Shown here in pieces: positions 28,970 to 41,627 of a DNA stretch of 64,000 bases. Below the pieces are notes generated by a model. The model saw only the letters and a list, made by a program, of their open reading frames with translations, was not told the origin of the DNA and made no database searches. Position 1 is the stretch's first letter. The number at the start of each line of letters is the position of its first letter. Location of the stretch: NCBI RefSeq assembly GCF_000485595.1, contig NW_014577077.1, positions 392,625 through 456,624 of the forward strand, read 5' to 3'. Origin of the DNA: Priapulus caudatus. Lineage: Eukaryota. A program made the position numbers and the translations under genes.

Positions 28970-29166
28970 GGACATGTTATATATCGGCCCTGTGTGGCCA
29001 AATTCCATGACAATCGGGTAAAAACAGCACAAGTTACAGGTTTACAATATTTTTCAACAAAAATGTTGTTACCATGGCAACGATGACTCCGCCACACCAA
29101 AAAACGATTGGCGTCTTCGCTTTACCATAACACACCCTACATGCCAAATTTGAAGATGATCCGAGA
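28493..29166. mobile_element. Helentron-associated (HINE/DINE-1/pearl-like) element with internal inverted duplication
   Basis: 5' hairpin GTATCCCCCGAAC-GAA-GTTCGTGGGGATAC, (CCG)n microsatellite, then a core at 28611-28773 repeated inverted at 29000-29166 around an AT-rich spacer. Confidence 0.6.
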
Positions 29167-29279
29167 TCGGATAAAAACTGCCCACCAGGTCACTTCGACC
29201 TTTATTTCACCTGACTGACCTGATCATATTCTCTTCTGCTCTCTAACTCAGCCCCTAATGTGATCTAGCGCGACGCAAA

Positions 29280-29465
29280 CTTGGTATGCTTACAACATCT
29301 TGGGAGAAGGTCTGTCGCATACCGAAACCACCACTGCCCTTGACGTTAGTTTGACCCTTCACCGTCGACTTACATTTCCTCTTCGGCCTCCTAGGGTAAC
29401 CAGATTCCATATACTTGCACATCTGAGAACACAAGTTGTCTAACAAACCTTTGTCTTTGTGCACT
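29280..29465 (-). mobile_element. Possible RTE-clade LINE 3' remnant
   Basis: Minus-strand ...KYMESGYPRRPKRKCKSTVK resembles the RTE C-terminal GRP(K/R)xxW motif; weak. Confidence 0.25.
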
Positions 29466-30237
29466 TATTTAAACTTTACCTGCCTTCTACGGTCCTTACA
29501 GAGATATTCTATTCATACTAGATCAACGGGGATACATGTAGTTGAGCGAAACTGCTCGTTTCTAGTTAGTATAGCTCTTGAGTGTATATATATACGTCTC
29601 TCGCTTGTCGTAGCAACATTCACGCAAAATGAAAGGGAGGTGAAGCAATAATAAGGCAAGGTGTCATCTATGGACATGAATAGAAGCTTGGAATACTACA
29701 AGAAAGCTCTTATTATTTCAGTTATCTCCGTAGTTTTTTCGATTTACAGTGTTAGTTTTCAATATTGCATGCGTTCTAATCTCGCATTCTAACTCATCTT
29801 TCCCGCCGATTTCAGCTTGAGGTTGTGTCCTTCAGTATATATCTCATACAGATTTGGCATATGCGTTCGGGATTTCATTGCATTTGAGAGATTGCATGCA
29901 TTTAGTTTACGTTGACGGCTTTAGTCTGTAGCCCACAACATAACCTTTTCGCTGGCCAGCTAAAATACTAATTTCTGTTTGTATCATGTGCGAGGCGCAG
30001 CGAGAAATATCGCCGAACATCACTAAAGATTAGCTAAATATCAGGAACATACAGAGAAATGTCGTGTAATGAATCCTGTTTGTAGACGGTAAGTGATCCT
30101 GGGTACATGCGTTCCTCGATGCTCCTGCCCGTGGCTCTATCCGTGTACTCTGTCTGCTAGTCTATTTGGCAGACATTCTCCGTTTGTCTAATTCTGACAT
30201 TGTTAATTATCTCTATCCGTTTTTCTTGCTTCTCCTC

Positions 30238-30296
<59 letters not shown>

Positions 30297-30465
30297 CCCA
30301 CTCTCCGACCCTGTCTGCTTTTTCTTAACGCAACTTTTTCGTGCGTGCTCGGTTTTTTGCTTTCGCTTTCTCTCTCTCTCTCTCTTAATATCTTTATCTT
30401 TTCGGTCTGTCTTGCCCACATGCCTGCTCGCCTTATCTATTGTACATATATAAATTATATAATAT

Positions 30466-31179
30466 CAAGAGCGTATAAATAAGGAGAGCGTACAACGGTG
30501 AAACCATGTTGCAGTATTAGTCGAATTAAGAAACTTTATGGGTTATTTTGATGTTTATTTATTATGATATTTTGCGGTGTTATTGATCAGCTGTCCTACC
30601 TTATTAATATAAAACAAACCGCTTGTCCCTACGATGCTCCTACGCTGAGATAATGAGCGGTGAAAATCTGGTATTTTCGCCAAAAACTGACTCGAGATCA
30701 GTGTTTACTGCGACCATGTCTCTCGCTTTGTGGCCAGTGTATTGCTTCCGGTCGCCGCTGTGTAGCGCCAGTGTAGCGCTGACTCACGTCAGTACTACAG
30801 AGATTACTATACATCCAGCGTGAGGTGGGCACAGGTGGGGTCATCACTATGACAATCAATAACAGACGTCATTCATTCCATTTGTCAATCGATCATTGTC
30901 GGAAACACGCGAGGTTTCCCGAAGTTATCTCAAAGCGAGAGACAGTCGCAGTAAACACTGATCACGAGTCGGTTTTCGGCGAAAATACTAGATTTTCACC
31001 GCTTATTATCTCAGCGTAGGGGCATCGTAGGGGCATGCGGTTTGTTTTATATTAACAAGGTAGGACAGCTGATCAATAATACTGCAAAATAAAACGGAGA
31101 AAGTTTATTAAGTCGACTAATACTGCAACATGGTTTCAGCATTTCACCGTTGTACGCTCTCCTTCTTTATACGCTCTTG
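30466..31179. mobile_element. 714-bp foldback MITE with ~265-bp TIRs, CAAGAG...CTCTTG termini
   Basis: 30466-~30730 is the reverse complement of ~30930-31179 (CAAGAGCGTATAAATAAGGAGAGCGTACAACGGTGAAA...); TSD not preserved. Confidence 0.85.
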
Positions 31180-33979
31180 CGTAATTATTTAATGTACGTT
31201 AATTAATTAATTAATTAACTTTTTTTTTTATTTAGTTATGTTACAACGTTATACGAAAAATGCAACACTGCTATGTCTATATAGTTATATATAGAGCTCG
31301 TTAATTCCCATGGGCTACTGAAGTATAGGGCGTATACACTTAATATGTGCCAATGGGCTGTTCGTTGTATATATAATACAATTTATTAGCCAGCATGACA
31401 AATACATACAAATTCGAATGTATGCTCTCACATAATTAGTTACTAACCCATTTCACCTATCTAACATAACCAATACGAAATAAGCGTATACACACCTGAC
31501 GCCGTAGACGACACATGAAGAACATCATTGTTCACTTAATTGCGCATACATCTGTGGCAATGCCTTCGTCTTAATAATTGCTCAATTTTAGGTGCTGCGT
31601 GCCTACGCTAGCTAAAACTATCCTCTTGTGTAATTGTTTACTGTTTTCATATTGAGACGCGTTATTGCCACACCTGCGAAAAACGCTGAGTAACGGCCGA
31701 CTCTCCTTCATCAATCGTGCGCGGACAGCACGCAAAAAGAAATCGTGATGTTAGCTTAGTCATACAAGCTAATCTTAGCAGAGTAAAGAAATTGAGCAGA
31801 CACTGTGTGCTTAGCTGTATCCATAGCAACTGCATGCGTATAGCATCCGCCTGTTTTCGCTTATTCAGATAAACACCTTTAAAGGTCTCGCCATAGGCAC
31901 GGGGGGGGGGGAATTTATTTTCCACGCGGAATCGCTATAATAGAATTCATGTTGAAGTTCGTACCTATAATGAAATGCAAATATCTTTTTTATTGACGTA
32001 TAATGTCATAAGGTTCTTCATTGGGTATTTTTATAATCTATTAAAGTAGGTGATCACCAAGGAAACGTTGAAAATTTTTAAACTTACATTTCATACATTA
32101 CGCGTGTATTAATATAGGCAATTATCTATAAAGGTTCTTGAACAATAGAAAATTTGGAAATTATCAGTTGTGTGTGGTTTTCTAATTTTATAGTCACTAT
32201 TATTAAGTTGCGCAATTTTGTTATTACAGATGAAGAGAAGTAAAAGAAGAAACGGATAGGGGAAGAATACATTTGAAATTTTGCTATTTCTGTGTTTATA
32301 CACACACGCACAACCATTTTCTCGTTTGTTTTACTGTAACGTCAGAACCAATTTTGCATTGGTTCTATAAACGTACACAGGATGGATAATTTTATAATTT
32401 CTCGAAAATTTCTGAAATTTACATTTATTTTAAAATTAAAATTGCGTAATTTACTCAGAAAACCGCCAACATTAGAGGCAAACAAACTGAATTCTATACT
32501 GCAATTTACAGCAATACACAGAGTTAAATCTGGTTAAGATATAGTAAAACTCCATACGACACTATAATGTAGAACCGAAGCATATATGTATGTTAAATAA
32601 GATCAAATAATTCAGTGGGTGATATTAGATTTTCCTAGATGTGTAAGATTTTATGAGGGGGCGGGAGTGGGAATTGAATAGAGAAATAGATGTGAATAAT
32701 GAGTTACGACATTTCCCTACACTGCGAATCTAAACACCACGCCTACTGAGTTATATAGATATGCGTGAACAGGGCATACTCGACGCAGAGAGTTTACTTT
32801 AAGAGCTAGTGAGCTGTTTTTGCCACACTCGTGTACGTGTATATTCTCATCCATTATCAGCCTCCGTCTATCCTGAGCTTCCCGCGTAGTGAACGCCTTA
32901 GCGAGAATTGCACTGCCCCTGTTCAATGCACCAGTACGTGATTGATCTGTATAGGCTCGAAGAAAATTGCATAATTAATACTTTGCATCAGCTTTAATCT
33001 ACCAAGTACTCAATGTTGAACGCCAGCAGGAAATTACGATGTCATCCTTCGGCGTTATGGATTCGTCCGTAGTGGTATTTGATGTGGAAAGTCTGCTACG
33101 TCATTTTCACGTCATCGTCACGTCATTGTCACGAGAGGAGCGAGCGTGGATCGCCACTAATCAAGCTAGACAATTATTGATTATGACGAAAATCATGTTC
33201 GCTGTGTATGAGCGTGTGTGTATGTGCGTGCGTACGTGCGTGCGTACATGTGTGCGTGTGTGCGTGCGTACGTGCGTCTGTGCGTGTGTGTGTATAGGTG
33301 TGTGTGCGTACGTGGGTGCGTGCGTCTGGAGACGGGAGTACGTGTGTGCACCTGGGCACTGCATCACTGTTTTTAAGTGCGTGGATTTTTTTCTTGTTGT
33401 CATCACCTTTCACAGCTTCGTCGTTTCGCATATAAACGCCAAATGTCATTTCGACGTAAAATACAAACCGAGCCCACTCATCACCTCTATAGATAGATTT
33501 TCACACGGATACATATGTATATATATATATATATATATATAGTTATATATATATATAACAAGCAAGTAACTTGTTTATTCCGAGGAAGTTCAACGCGTTG
33601 TTAACATGCTAATTTCTCTTGGTATTTAAAGCATTGTACACCACTTAATCATTATAACATTCAGCATGCCTCTTGCTAATCTCGAATTCGACGTATTTCA
33701 ACGATTTGCGTAATAACTGAACACAATGGCTTCTCTTACTAAGTAGTGCATTATACGCGTTGCCGTTGGACGCCGAACAAACGAATTCAGTTATTTCCAG
33801 CTCACGGTGCTGCAGGGATTGTTAAATTAAGTGTTGTAGTACTAGAGAATTCCTTGCTTTCCCTCACCAGCATTTCATATATCTCTCAATTGGGTCATCT
33901 GGGTATCTTTTCCTCTCTCTTCCTATTGTTCTATCAAAGCATCCATCAATCTATCCATTCACTTAGCGATCGATCGATC

Positions 33980-34234
33980 CCCGTCCGTCCGTCCGCCCGT
34001 CCGTCCGTCCGTCCGTCCGCCCGTCCGTCCGTCCGTCCGTCCGTCCGTCCGTCCATCCATCCATCCATCCATCCATCCATCCATCCAACCATCCATCTAT
34101 CCATCTGTCTCTCTATGCATCTATCCATCCATCCATCCATCCATCTATTCATCCATTCATCACACGCGCGCACATGCGCTGTCTCTCGCCCCCTCTCTCT
34201 CTCTCTCTCTCTCTCTCCCTCTCTCTCTCGCTCG

Positions 34235-34284
<50 letters not shown>

Positions 34285-34396
34285 CTCTCTCTCTCTTTCT
34301 CTCTCTCTTTTCACGTCACTCCCCCTCTCTCTTTAACCTTTCTCTCTCTCCACCTCTCTTCCCCCTCTCTCTCTCTCCCCACCTCTCTTTCTCTCT
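33980..34396. repeat. Compound (CCGT)n-(CCAT)n-(CT)n microsatellite
   Basis: Direct reading. Confidence 0.9.
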
Positions 34397-34756
34397 GATT
34401 CCGGTTTTCTCGCTCACGGCCTGCTGACGCAATATACGCGACTTTGCTGAGAGTGGTTTTCGTTTGAGGAGAAAAGTAAAACCTCGAGATTTATTGACGC
34501 CGCGATACATAAAATATCGCTCGTAAAATGCAGACAGAAATATCGATTGCTATGCTGTATCGGATAGTCTTAATATTTTTCACCTGTGTAGTACGACCTT
34601 TGAGTCTTCATAGGCGCGCGGGTTTATAACGCGACACGGTTTTAATGCGTTTCGTGTCGTAATGGATTTCGAGTAGGCACCGCGCCGAGCTGTTTTAGTG
34701 TGTATCGTGGGCGACGCGCGTTTTGTCGCGCGTTTCATTTCGATGCGATCCGACTC

Positions 34757-34848
34757 TGTGCATCGATGTGTGCGTCGATGTGTGCGTCGATGTGTGCGTC
34801 GATGTGTGCGTCGATGTGTGCGTCGATGTGTGCATCGATGTGTGCGTC
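34757..34848. repeat. 12-bp tandem repeat (GTCGATGTGTGC) about 7 copies
   Basis: Direct reading. Confidence 0.9.
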
Positions 34849-36339
34849 GCGGTAGTTCGGGACACGCAGGATAAATCCGCGCCTCGCTGCCGTATAATAT
34901 ACCGTGACAAAACGCCGTTCTATTCTTCAGCTGAATTATTACGTGAATAATGGAGACAGTAATTACGTTCTGCGGAAAGGTCACAGGCGATCGCGTGCTG
35001 TAGCAGGACGTATATATTGCAATGCTGCAGGTGAAACGAACATACTACCCGTAGCGACCCTAGCTAATCATGGGACCGTTACATGCAGGTATAGCGTGCG
35101 ACAGCGTCTACAAGGTAACTGTGGGTGGGTGCGCGCGGTTACCTTGCCGTTATTGGTTTACCCGCTTATCGATACAATTCGCACAATGGCGAACATTGAC
35201 AGACTGTTAATATTCTCGTGCATGAGAAGCACGCGGAAGATGGCGCCCGTTAAAGAAATAGTAGGAAATGGAAAATTTAACTAGCGTTTCCGTATTTTAG
35301 CGTTAATTGAGAAGATAGCCCCGTGGTTAAGAAACGGCTGGGAATAAACGTGCTGTACTTGAATCTAGCAAGCTAAAGGTCGTTTATTTATGTTGCTCGT
35401 TTTTGCTGATCGACCTCACACAGAATCGACATGCGAACGTCTGTGTCTGGCACGGTATTTGTAGAGACACAGCATGGTCATGCGGCAACGAACTCGGTTG
35501 CTCTGGCGATATTATACGAAGGGAATGATCACATCATCACAGCAACTACTAGACACGAGTTAGCTTCATACCGCTTTTATTATTTACCGCAAGCGCGTGC
35601 CGACTTCTCGTAAACGAAGTCTCATTTGAATACGTCGGCTCGGCAGGCGCAGGAAACAGTCGTTGCGTCGCGACGTTGTTGGCCGGATTTATAATTACGT
35701 GCGTGACGGCTAACCTCCAGAGCGCACCATCAAAGCGCTGCGACGGCAACGCCGAGACGTAATTGGCAGCAACAACAGTTGTCAGCGACCGTTTAGCTCA
35801 TTTACATATTCGTCGCTTCCGCGCGCATTCGTGTAGCATGCTGAGTCTCCGCTGCGTCGCCTAAGCAGACGACCTAGGCGCCCTTTCCGTCTCCCGCGAC
35901 CGCGCGATCGTAATCGGTGACGTCAACGCATATTGCAGCGCGCTGGCGTAGGCGTTCCAGCATCGGACGAGCACACAGCGGCTTGCGACTCACACACCAA
36001 CCCTGAAACCATTGGAAATCTCGTCTTCTGCCAAACATATATCTATCCGCGACGATCCGTGGCGACAAGGGAGACCCGATGTTAGTCGGCCAGGAAACGC
36101 GTCGATTGCCTTGTTTGTCATGTGTCTGTGAAAGAGCGGTAATAATTCTTGATTTGAAGAAACGAGAAAAAATTGTCAGGTAACGCGATTAGGACCGATC
36201 TGGCGAGAGTAGCGCACACACAAAAACGAACGTCAATAACTGGCGGGCAGTGATTGAACGGAGAAAGCCTCTTGGTAGTAAATCACGATTAGTGACACCA
36301 CTTAAGCATATATATAAATAAAAGTCAGTCAGCGGGTCG

Positions 36340-36428
36340 GTGTGTGTATGTGTACGTGTGTGTGCGCGCATACGTATGCGTGTGTGCGTGTGTGTGTGTG
36401 CGAGCGTTCGTGTGTGTGTGTGTGTGTG

Positions 36429-36521
<93 letters not shown>

Positions 36522-36550
36522 TGTGTATGTGAGAGTGTGTGTGTGTGCAT
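36340..36550. repeat. (GT)n microsatellite
   Basis: Direct reading; similar tracts at ~39712-39880, ~43985-44050, ~47160-47410, ~48200-48365 and ~50670-50770. Confidence 0.9.
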
Positions 36551-38328
36551 TCGTACGTTCGTGCGTGCGAACGTGCGCGTGTGTCCGGCCGGAAACGACC
36601 CGTGCATGAAGATACTCAGATGGTTTTTATCATGCCTACAGTTGTACATTGACCACGTTTACAACGTGGCCTTTGTCAGGTTCACTTCCGAAATTACCCG
36701 ATGCCGTTACCAGGAAAAATCTATAAAATGTCTTTTCGTAATACCTCCGCATGACAAATACGTTTGTGGTATTCCTTTAGACTAATTCCACAAATTGTTA
36801 TTCACTCTTCTAGGGGTAGCCACAGGGACGTTTAAAGGCAGTATAACATTTCTATATCCTCAAGAGATACATTTGAAAGACAAGTCACGTACATCTCGCG
36901 TAAATATCAGTCATTCCACCGTAAAGTACACTTGTTTAAGATTATTCCATCTTGGAAGAGACGTTAGTAAACGATTGCAAGGAAACTACCAAGGTTGTGC
37001 GATAACTTGAGCCGTCGGCGTAATACAGTGAATATTACATTAAATATGACATTTTACTTGTAATAATAAGTTTATAATGAAGCGTTATGATTCATGATAA
37101 TTATATCTTTGTAAAAAATACAGTTTACATAAAACGCAGTAGAAAATGCTTAGTCCTATCTCTAACTTTACCCTCGGTCAGCTTGTCGCTGGGAAAATAT
37201 ATATTACAATATATACAAAATAAATATAAGCAGCTGTAACTGCGGTTTACCTGAACATTCGTTACGAAAATATAATTGTAAACATGATTGACAATTAAGT
37301 CTATCTTTGCTCAAATAATGTAGTCACCTTGAAATTTGCTTCACACACGTGGGTTAATAATTTACGCTAAGCTGCATAGTACTGTATAGCGTGGATTACG
37401 TCTTAACACTTCCCACCAGCACGCCGTAACAAGAAACTGTCGGTTGCTAAGGCTAAATCAACCATTTCGTTCGTAATAATTACGTCTCACTCCTTTTCCT
37501 GGTAATGCCGGGCATCCTGCTAGTATTCCTATAAAATGTTACAAGTTATAGCAGTGTTTTCGATTCATAAAGCGTTTTCTTAATTCGTTCATAGTTCGTT
37601 TCCTAATGCGTCTATGAGATTTATAGAAATACATGGTAAGAATGTGAAATATAAAGATAGTGGCGTGCATGACCAGAATCTAGTCAAGATATTACCGTGG
37701 TACTTCGGCCATCCCAGCAAGAGTGAAGTTTAGGTGAATAATTTATAAACGCACACATTTTACACACGTTTGCGAAACAGCTTGCCCGTAGCCGTAAGAT
37801 AAAGCTTCAGTAAAAATATTTATTATCTTTGAGATGCATGTTTTTCTCTTTTTGCTAATGTATCAGGATTTTTAACAGCATCTTCTAAATTTAGTTTACA
37901 CGCTTCGTGCGTCATCTATGACGCGAGAGAAAGGGGAGGTCAATATACAAGGCTTCTGCTCAGTATGATACCGAATATTTTCTAGTCATGTGTGTGGTGT
38001 TATACATGCTTTAGTTATGTTTACAATTATGATAAAAGTTATGTTGCAGCTACAGCATAGTAAAATATAGAATATAGGGATCTGCGCAATCTACTTCTAA
38101 TACACAAAATCCCATTTCAGTCGCTAGCTAAAAATTCTAGCTTTCGATGTCATTGCAAAGGTATTTTGTCTATACGTTTTATCGGGAGTGAATAATACTT
38201 ATTACTTATTACATATTATACTTATTTTAGAATCACTTTGTTATGTGATCTTAATTTTATCATCTATATTTTATCTTTTACGCATACACCACACCCATAT
38301 CTACAATTATATATATATATATATATAT

Positions 38329-38389
38329 CAAGAGCTAATAACACCTTATATTATTACCTTATAATAATACCTTAGGTATCATTAGCTAT

Positions 38390-38391
<2 letters not shown>
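38329..38391. mobile_element. 63-bp hairpin in an (AT)n tract, putative P-type footprint
   Basis: CAAGAGCTAATAACAC...GGTATCATTAGCTATTG with thrice-repeated ACCTTA filler. Confidence 0.55.
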
Positions 38392-38429
<38 letters not shown>

Positions 38430-39316
38430 TATAATTGTACACACGCACGCATACATGCACGCACACGTGAACTCGCACGCACGCACACACGCACGTACAC
38501 ATATTTTGTTTGTTATGGAACATATATACAATATCTTAAATAATAATATAATAGTAAGTTATAGAATTATAATTGTATTTAGTTCGTTTGATTCAATAAA
38601 GATTGGGTAATTCAGACTCGCTTTACAGGCTAAATCTTTATACTGATGACACGGCAGGAGTTTTATACCACCATCTCCTTTATTCTAGTATATATATATA
38701 TATATATATATCACCACCCAGAATTTCAAGAGTGAGTTAAACAGGACTTCGCTTATATTATGGTATACTGGTGCATGGGAACGTGCCGAAATACTAGAAT
38801 GCGTGGCTTCATAACTCTGAGACGTCATCTGTTCTAATTGCCGTCGCTAATATATTTAGCTCGTGTATTCCGCCAGAAGCGGTCGAAGTCTTATGCCGGA
38901 AGTACTCGAAACGCAATCACCCGTCTGCCTTACAGAGAGCTTTTCCGTTATCTTGAGCACCAACTACTACCGCCCAGAACGAGCAGAGAAAATGAGTTTA
39001 TGCGCCAGATAACGAGTCAATTACTGAATTTCTCCTTTCCATCAGCCATCTCAATTTCCTTCATAATTCAATATGGCACAGAGCGCGCACGAGAATGTTC
39101 CATGTGATAAGTGCATTCATGTGATCTCGCGCGAATTTGCAGCCATGGTTCAGATATTCCTCCTCGCCTCCTGCGTCCTGCGTTTCTTTCTGCTGCCGAT
39201 TTGGTAAACCTGTCCGCGTGAGGTGAGAGAGCGATCATATAGGCGTTATCGATGACTTCGCTGTCTTAGGTGCAAGTTTCTATAAACTGAATGTTGCTAG
39301 CAATCCAGCATAGCCG

Positions 39317-39393
39317 CGTATAACATTGAAAATGAAACCGTACTCGCCACCGTATAACATTGCAAATGAAACCGTACTCGCCACCGTATAACA
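39317..39393. repeat. 34-bp tandem duplication (2.3 copies)
   Basis: CGTATAACATTG(A/C)AAATGAAACCGTACTCGCCAC x2 plus a partial copy. Confidence 0.85.
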
Positions 39394-39631
39394 CTCTATA
39401 TGCGGCCGTATCCTAAACTTGTAAAATAGACAGCGGTAACGGAAATTTTCAAATAAAGTTAATGTAAACGAAAAGCGCGCATTTTCATATTTTGCTGATA
39501 TTTGAAATCGATACTGTCGCGTTTTTTCTGCTAACGAGTATAGCCGCTAGTGAAGCCACAGGCACAGTGAAGCAGAGGAGGGTAGGAGATGGGGAGCAAG
39601 AAAGGTAGGGATATATGGGAGAAGAGAGAGT

Positions 39632-39663
<32 letters not shown>

Positions 39664-39710
39664 CGAAGAATGAAAAGGATAAAGAAAAGGCGAAAGAGAG
39701 ACAGGGAGAG

Positions 39711-39784
<74 letters not shown>

Positions 39785-40233
39785 TGTGTGTGTGTGCTGT
39801 GTGTGTGTGTGTTGTGTGTTGTGTGTTGTGTGTGTGGTGTGGGTTGCGTGTGCGTGCCGTGCCTGCGTGCGTGTGTGTACAAGGCATTACAGACGAGAAG
39901 AGAAGGATGAGAGACGAGCGAGCGAAGGCTAAGAGGGGGAGAGACAAGCGTAGCATCTATTCTGCTGCGATGTGCTTGCTCGATCGTCGCCGCGGGCCAT
40001 AGCCCGTTAATGCATGTGCTGAAATAATGTCAACAAATCAATCAATCCCGTCCTAAATCGTGCGTGTTGAGTAGCCACGATGACGCAAACCGCCGCAACG
40101 TGTTACAACTCGGTGCCGGCAGGTGTCTCTCGCGTCGCCTGCATCCTCCAATACCACGCAGCTGATTTAATCTATTCGAGTCTTGGGTACCGTTGCCAGA
40201 AAGAAAAAGCAGTCTTAACATTACTCTTAACAA

Positions 40234-40470
40234 TTTTAGCTCACCTTGACATCGTCAAGATGGGCTATTGCCATGGGGCGTTGTCCGTCGTACGTCCGTT
40301 GGTCCGTCAAGATTTGGCTACGGTCAACGATAACTTGAGAACCGTTTGACCCACATGTTTCAAATTGCCTACAGTTGTTACTCCTATGGGAGAGAACGTC
40401 CTATTTTGGAGCACGCCAGTTGACCTACTTTAGAGCCACGCCTACTTTTTGGCAAAAATGGAAATGACCA
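40234..40470 (+). mobile_element. Helentron-associated HINE (pearl/CvA-like) 5' fragment
   Basis: TTTTAGCTCACCTTGAC-ATC-GTCAAGATGGGCTA hairpin followed by a GTCC/GTC microsatellite-like tract, the typical HINE head. Confidence 0.6.
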
Positions 40471-40599
40471 TCTAGATTCATTCGATTTTGTTAAATTTAC
40501 CTACCTACCCACCTACCTAATCATACCTACGTGTAATATTGTGTTTTAGATTCTTCGTTACAGTACGTTTTACTGGAATATTTTATTGCTGTTATTTGC

Positions 40600-40837
40600 G
40601 CAAGAGGTTGAAAGCTTGTTTCGTCGCTCAATGACGTCACAGTGTCGTCACGTCCGTAAGGACTCAAACTCCTGTTTTAAGGTGCATTGTGACCCTAACC
40701 CTAACCCTAACCCTAACCTTAACCCTAATCCAAATCCTAACCATAACCCTAACCATAACCCTATTTTTTTTAATTAAATTTTGTACAGTCGACACTGTGA
40801 CGTCATTGAGCGACGAAACAAGGTTTCAACCTTTTGC
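40600..40837. mobile_element. MITE with ~50-bp TIRs, internal (TAACCC)n and 9-bp TSD (Mutator-like)
   Basis: GCAAGAGGTTGAAAGCTTGTTTCGTCGCTCAATGACGTCACAGTGTCG and its inverse; GTTATTTGC at 40591-40599 and 40838-40846. Confidence 0.8.
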
Positions 40838-41539
40838 GTTATTTGCGCGAAAATCGAAAACCAAAATGGCGATCATTTAGGCGTAGCGCCACCTCTCGCC
40901 CAGATTTCAGACTTTCAGATCTGAAACATTTATTTTCGCATCAAAACTAACTCTGAAACAAAACAGTGAAATTTCTATTAGTATAAATCAGGGAATAAGG
41001 ACATTTTATCACATTTCGGTCCGTCATAAATAAAACACTTGCCAAATTTTAAATATCATTTCCCTCTTCTATCACACCCAATGTGAGCTATAGTGTTATT
41101 GACACTTTCATTATATACTCTTAGATTGGATCCTTAGACACTACGTATGAGAAACTCGTAATTTTACGATGTTTTTGTCAACGGCGTATAAGAAAAAGAT
41201 TATGCTAAGATGCTAATTTGGTCAAATTTTGTAACAGTGGATAATAATGTAGCTAGCCGCACACAACTACATGGTTTGTGCTTAGGAAGCAGCCCCGTAA
41301 ATATACGTAATAGTAGGCAATGAATTTAACTCCCAGTTGTCACGCGATCAGACATTCAATTCTGCGAATCATGCATTGCTTAGATAGAATGGAATTCATT
41401 ATATATGCTTATGGACCTACACAATGCACTTATTCACAACACGTTACATGTGCTAATATATTGATGTACAAGTGTTCGGGTTAAGCATTCGTTATATTCG
41501 GTCCTTCACTGTCAAATAGCGCGTGATATTGTATACGTA

Positions 41540-41627
41540 CCGTATTTACTCGTGTATAAGATGCACCCCTGATTTTTTTATTGAAGTTGTGTGCAAGAAA
41601 GTGCGGCTTATACGCGAGTAAATACGG
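41540..41627. mobile_element. 88-bp Tc1/mariner(pogo)-type MITE with TA TSD
   Basis: TA|CCGTATTTACTCGTGTATAAG...CTTATACGCGAGTAAATACGG|TA. Confidence 0.8.
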
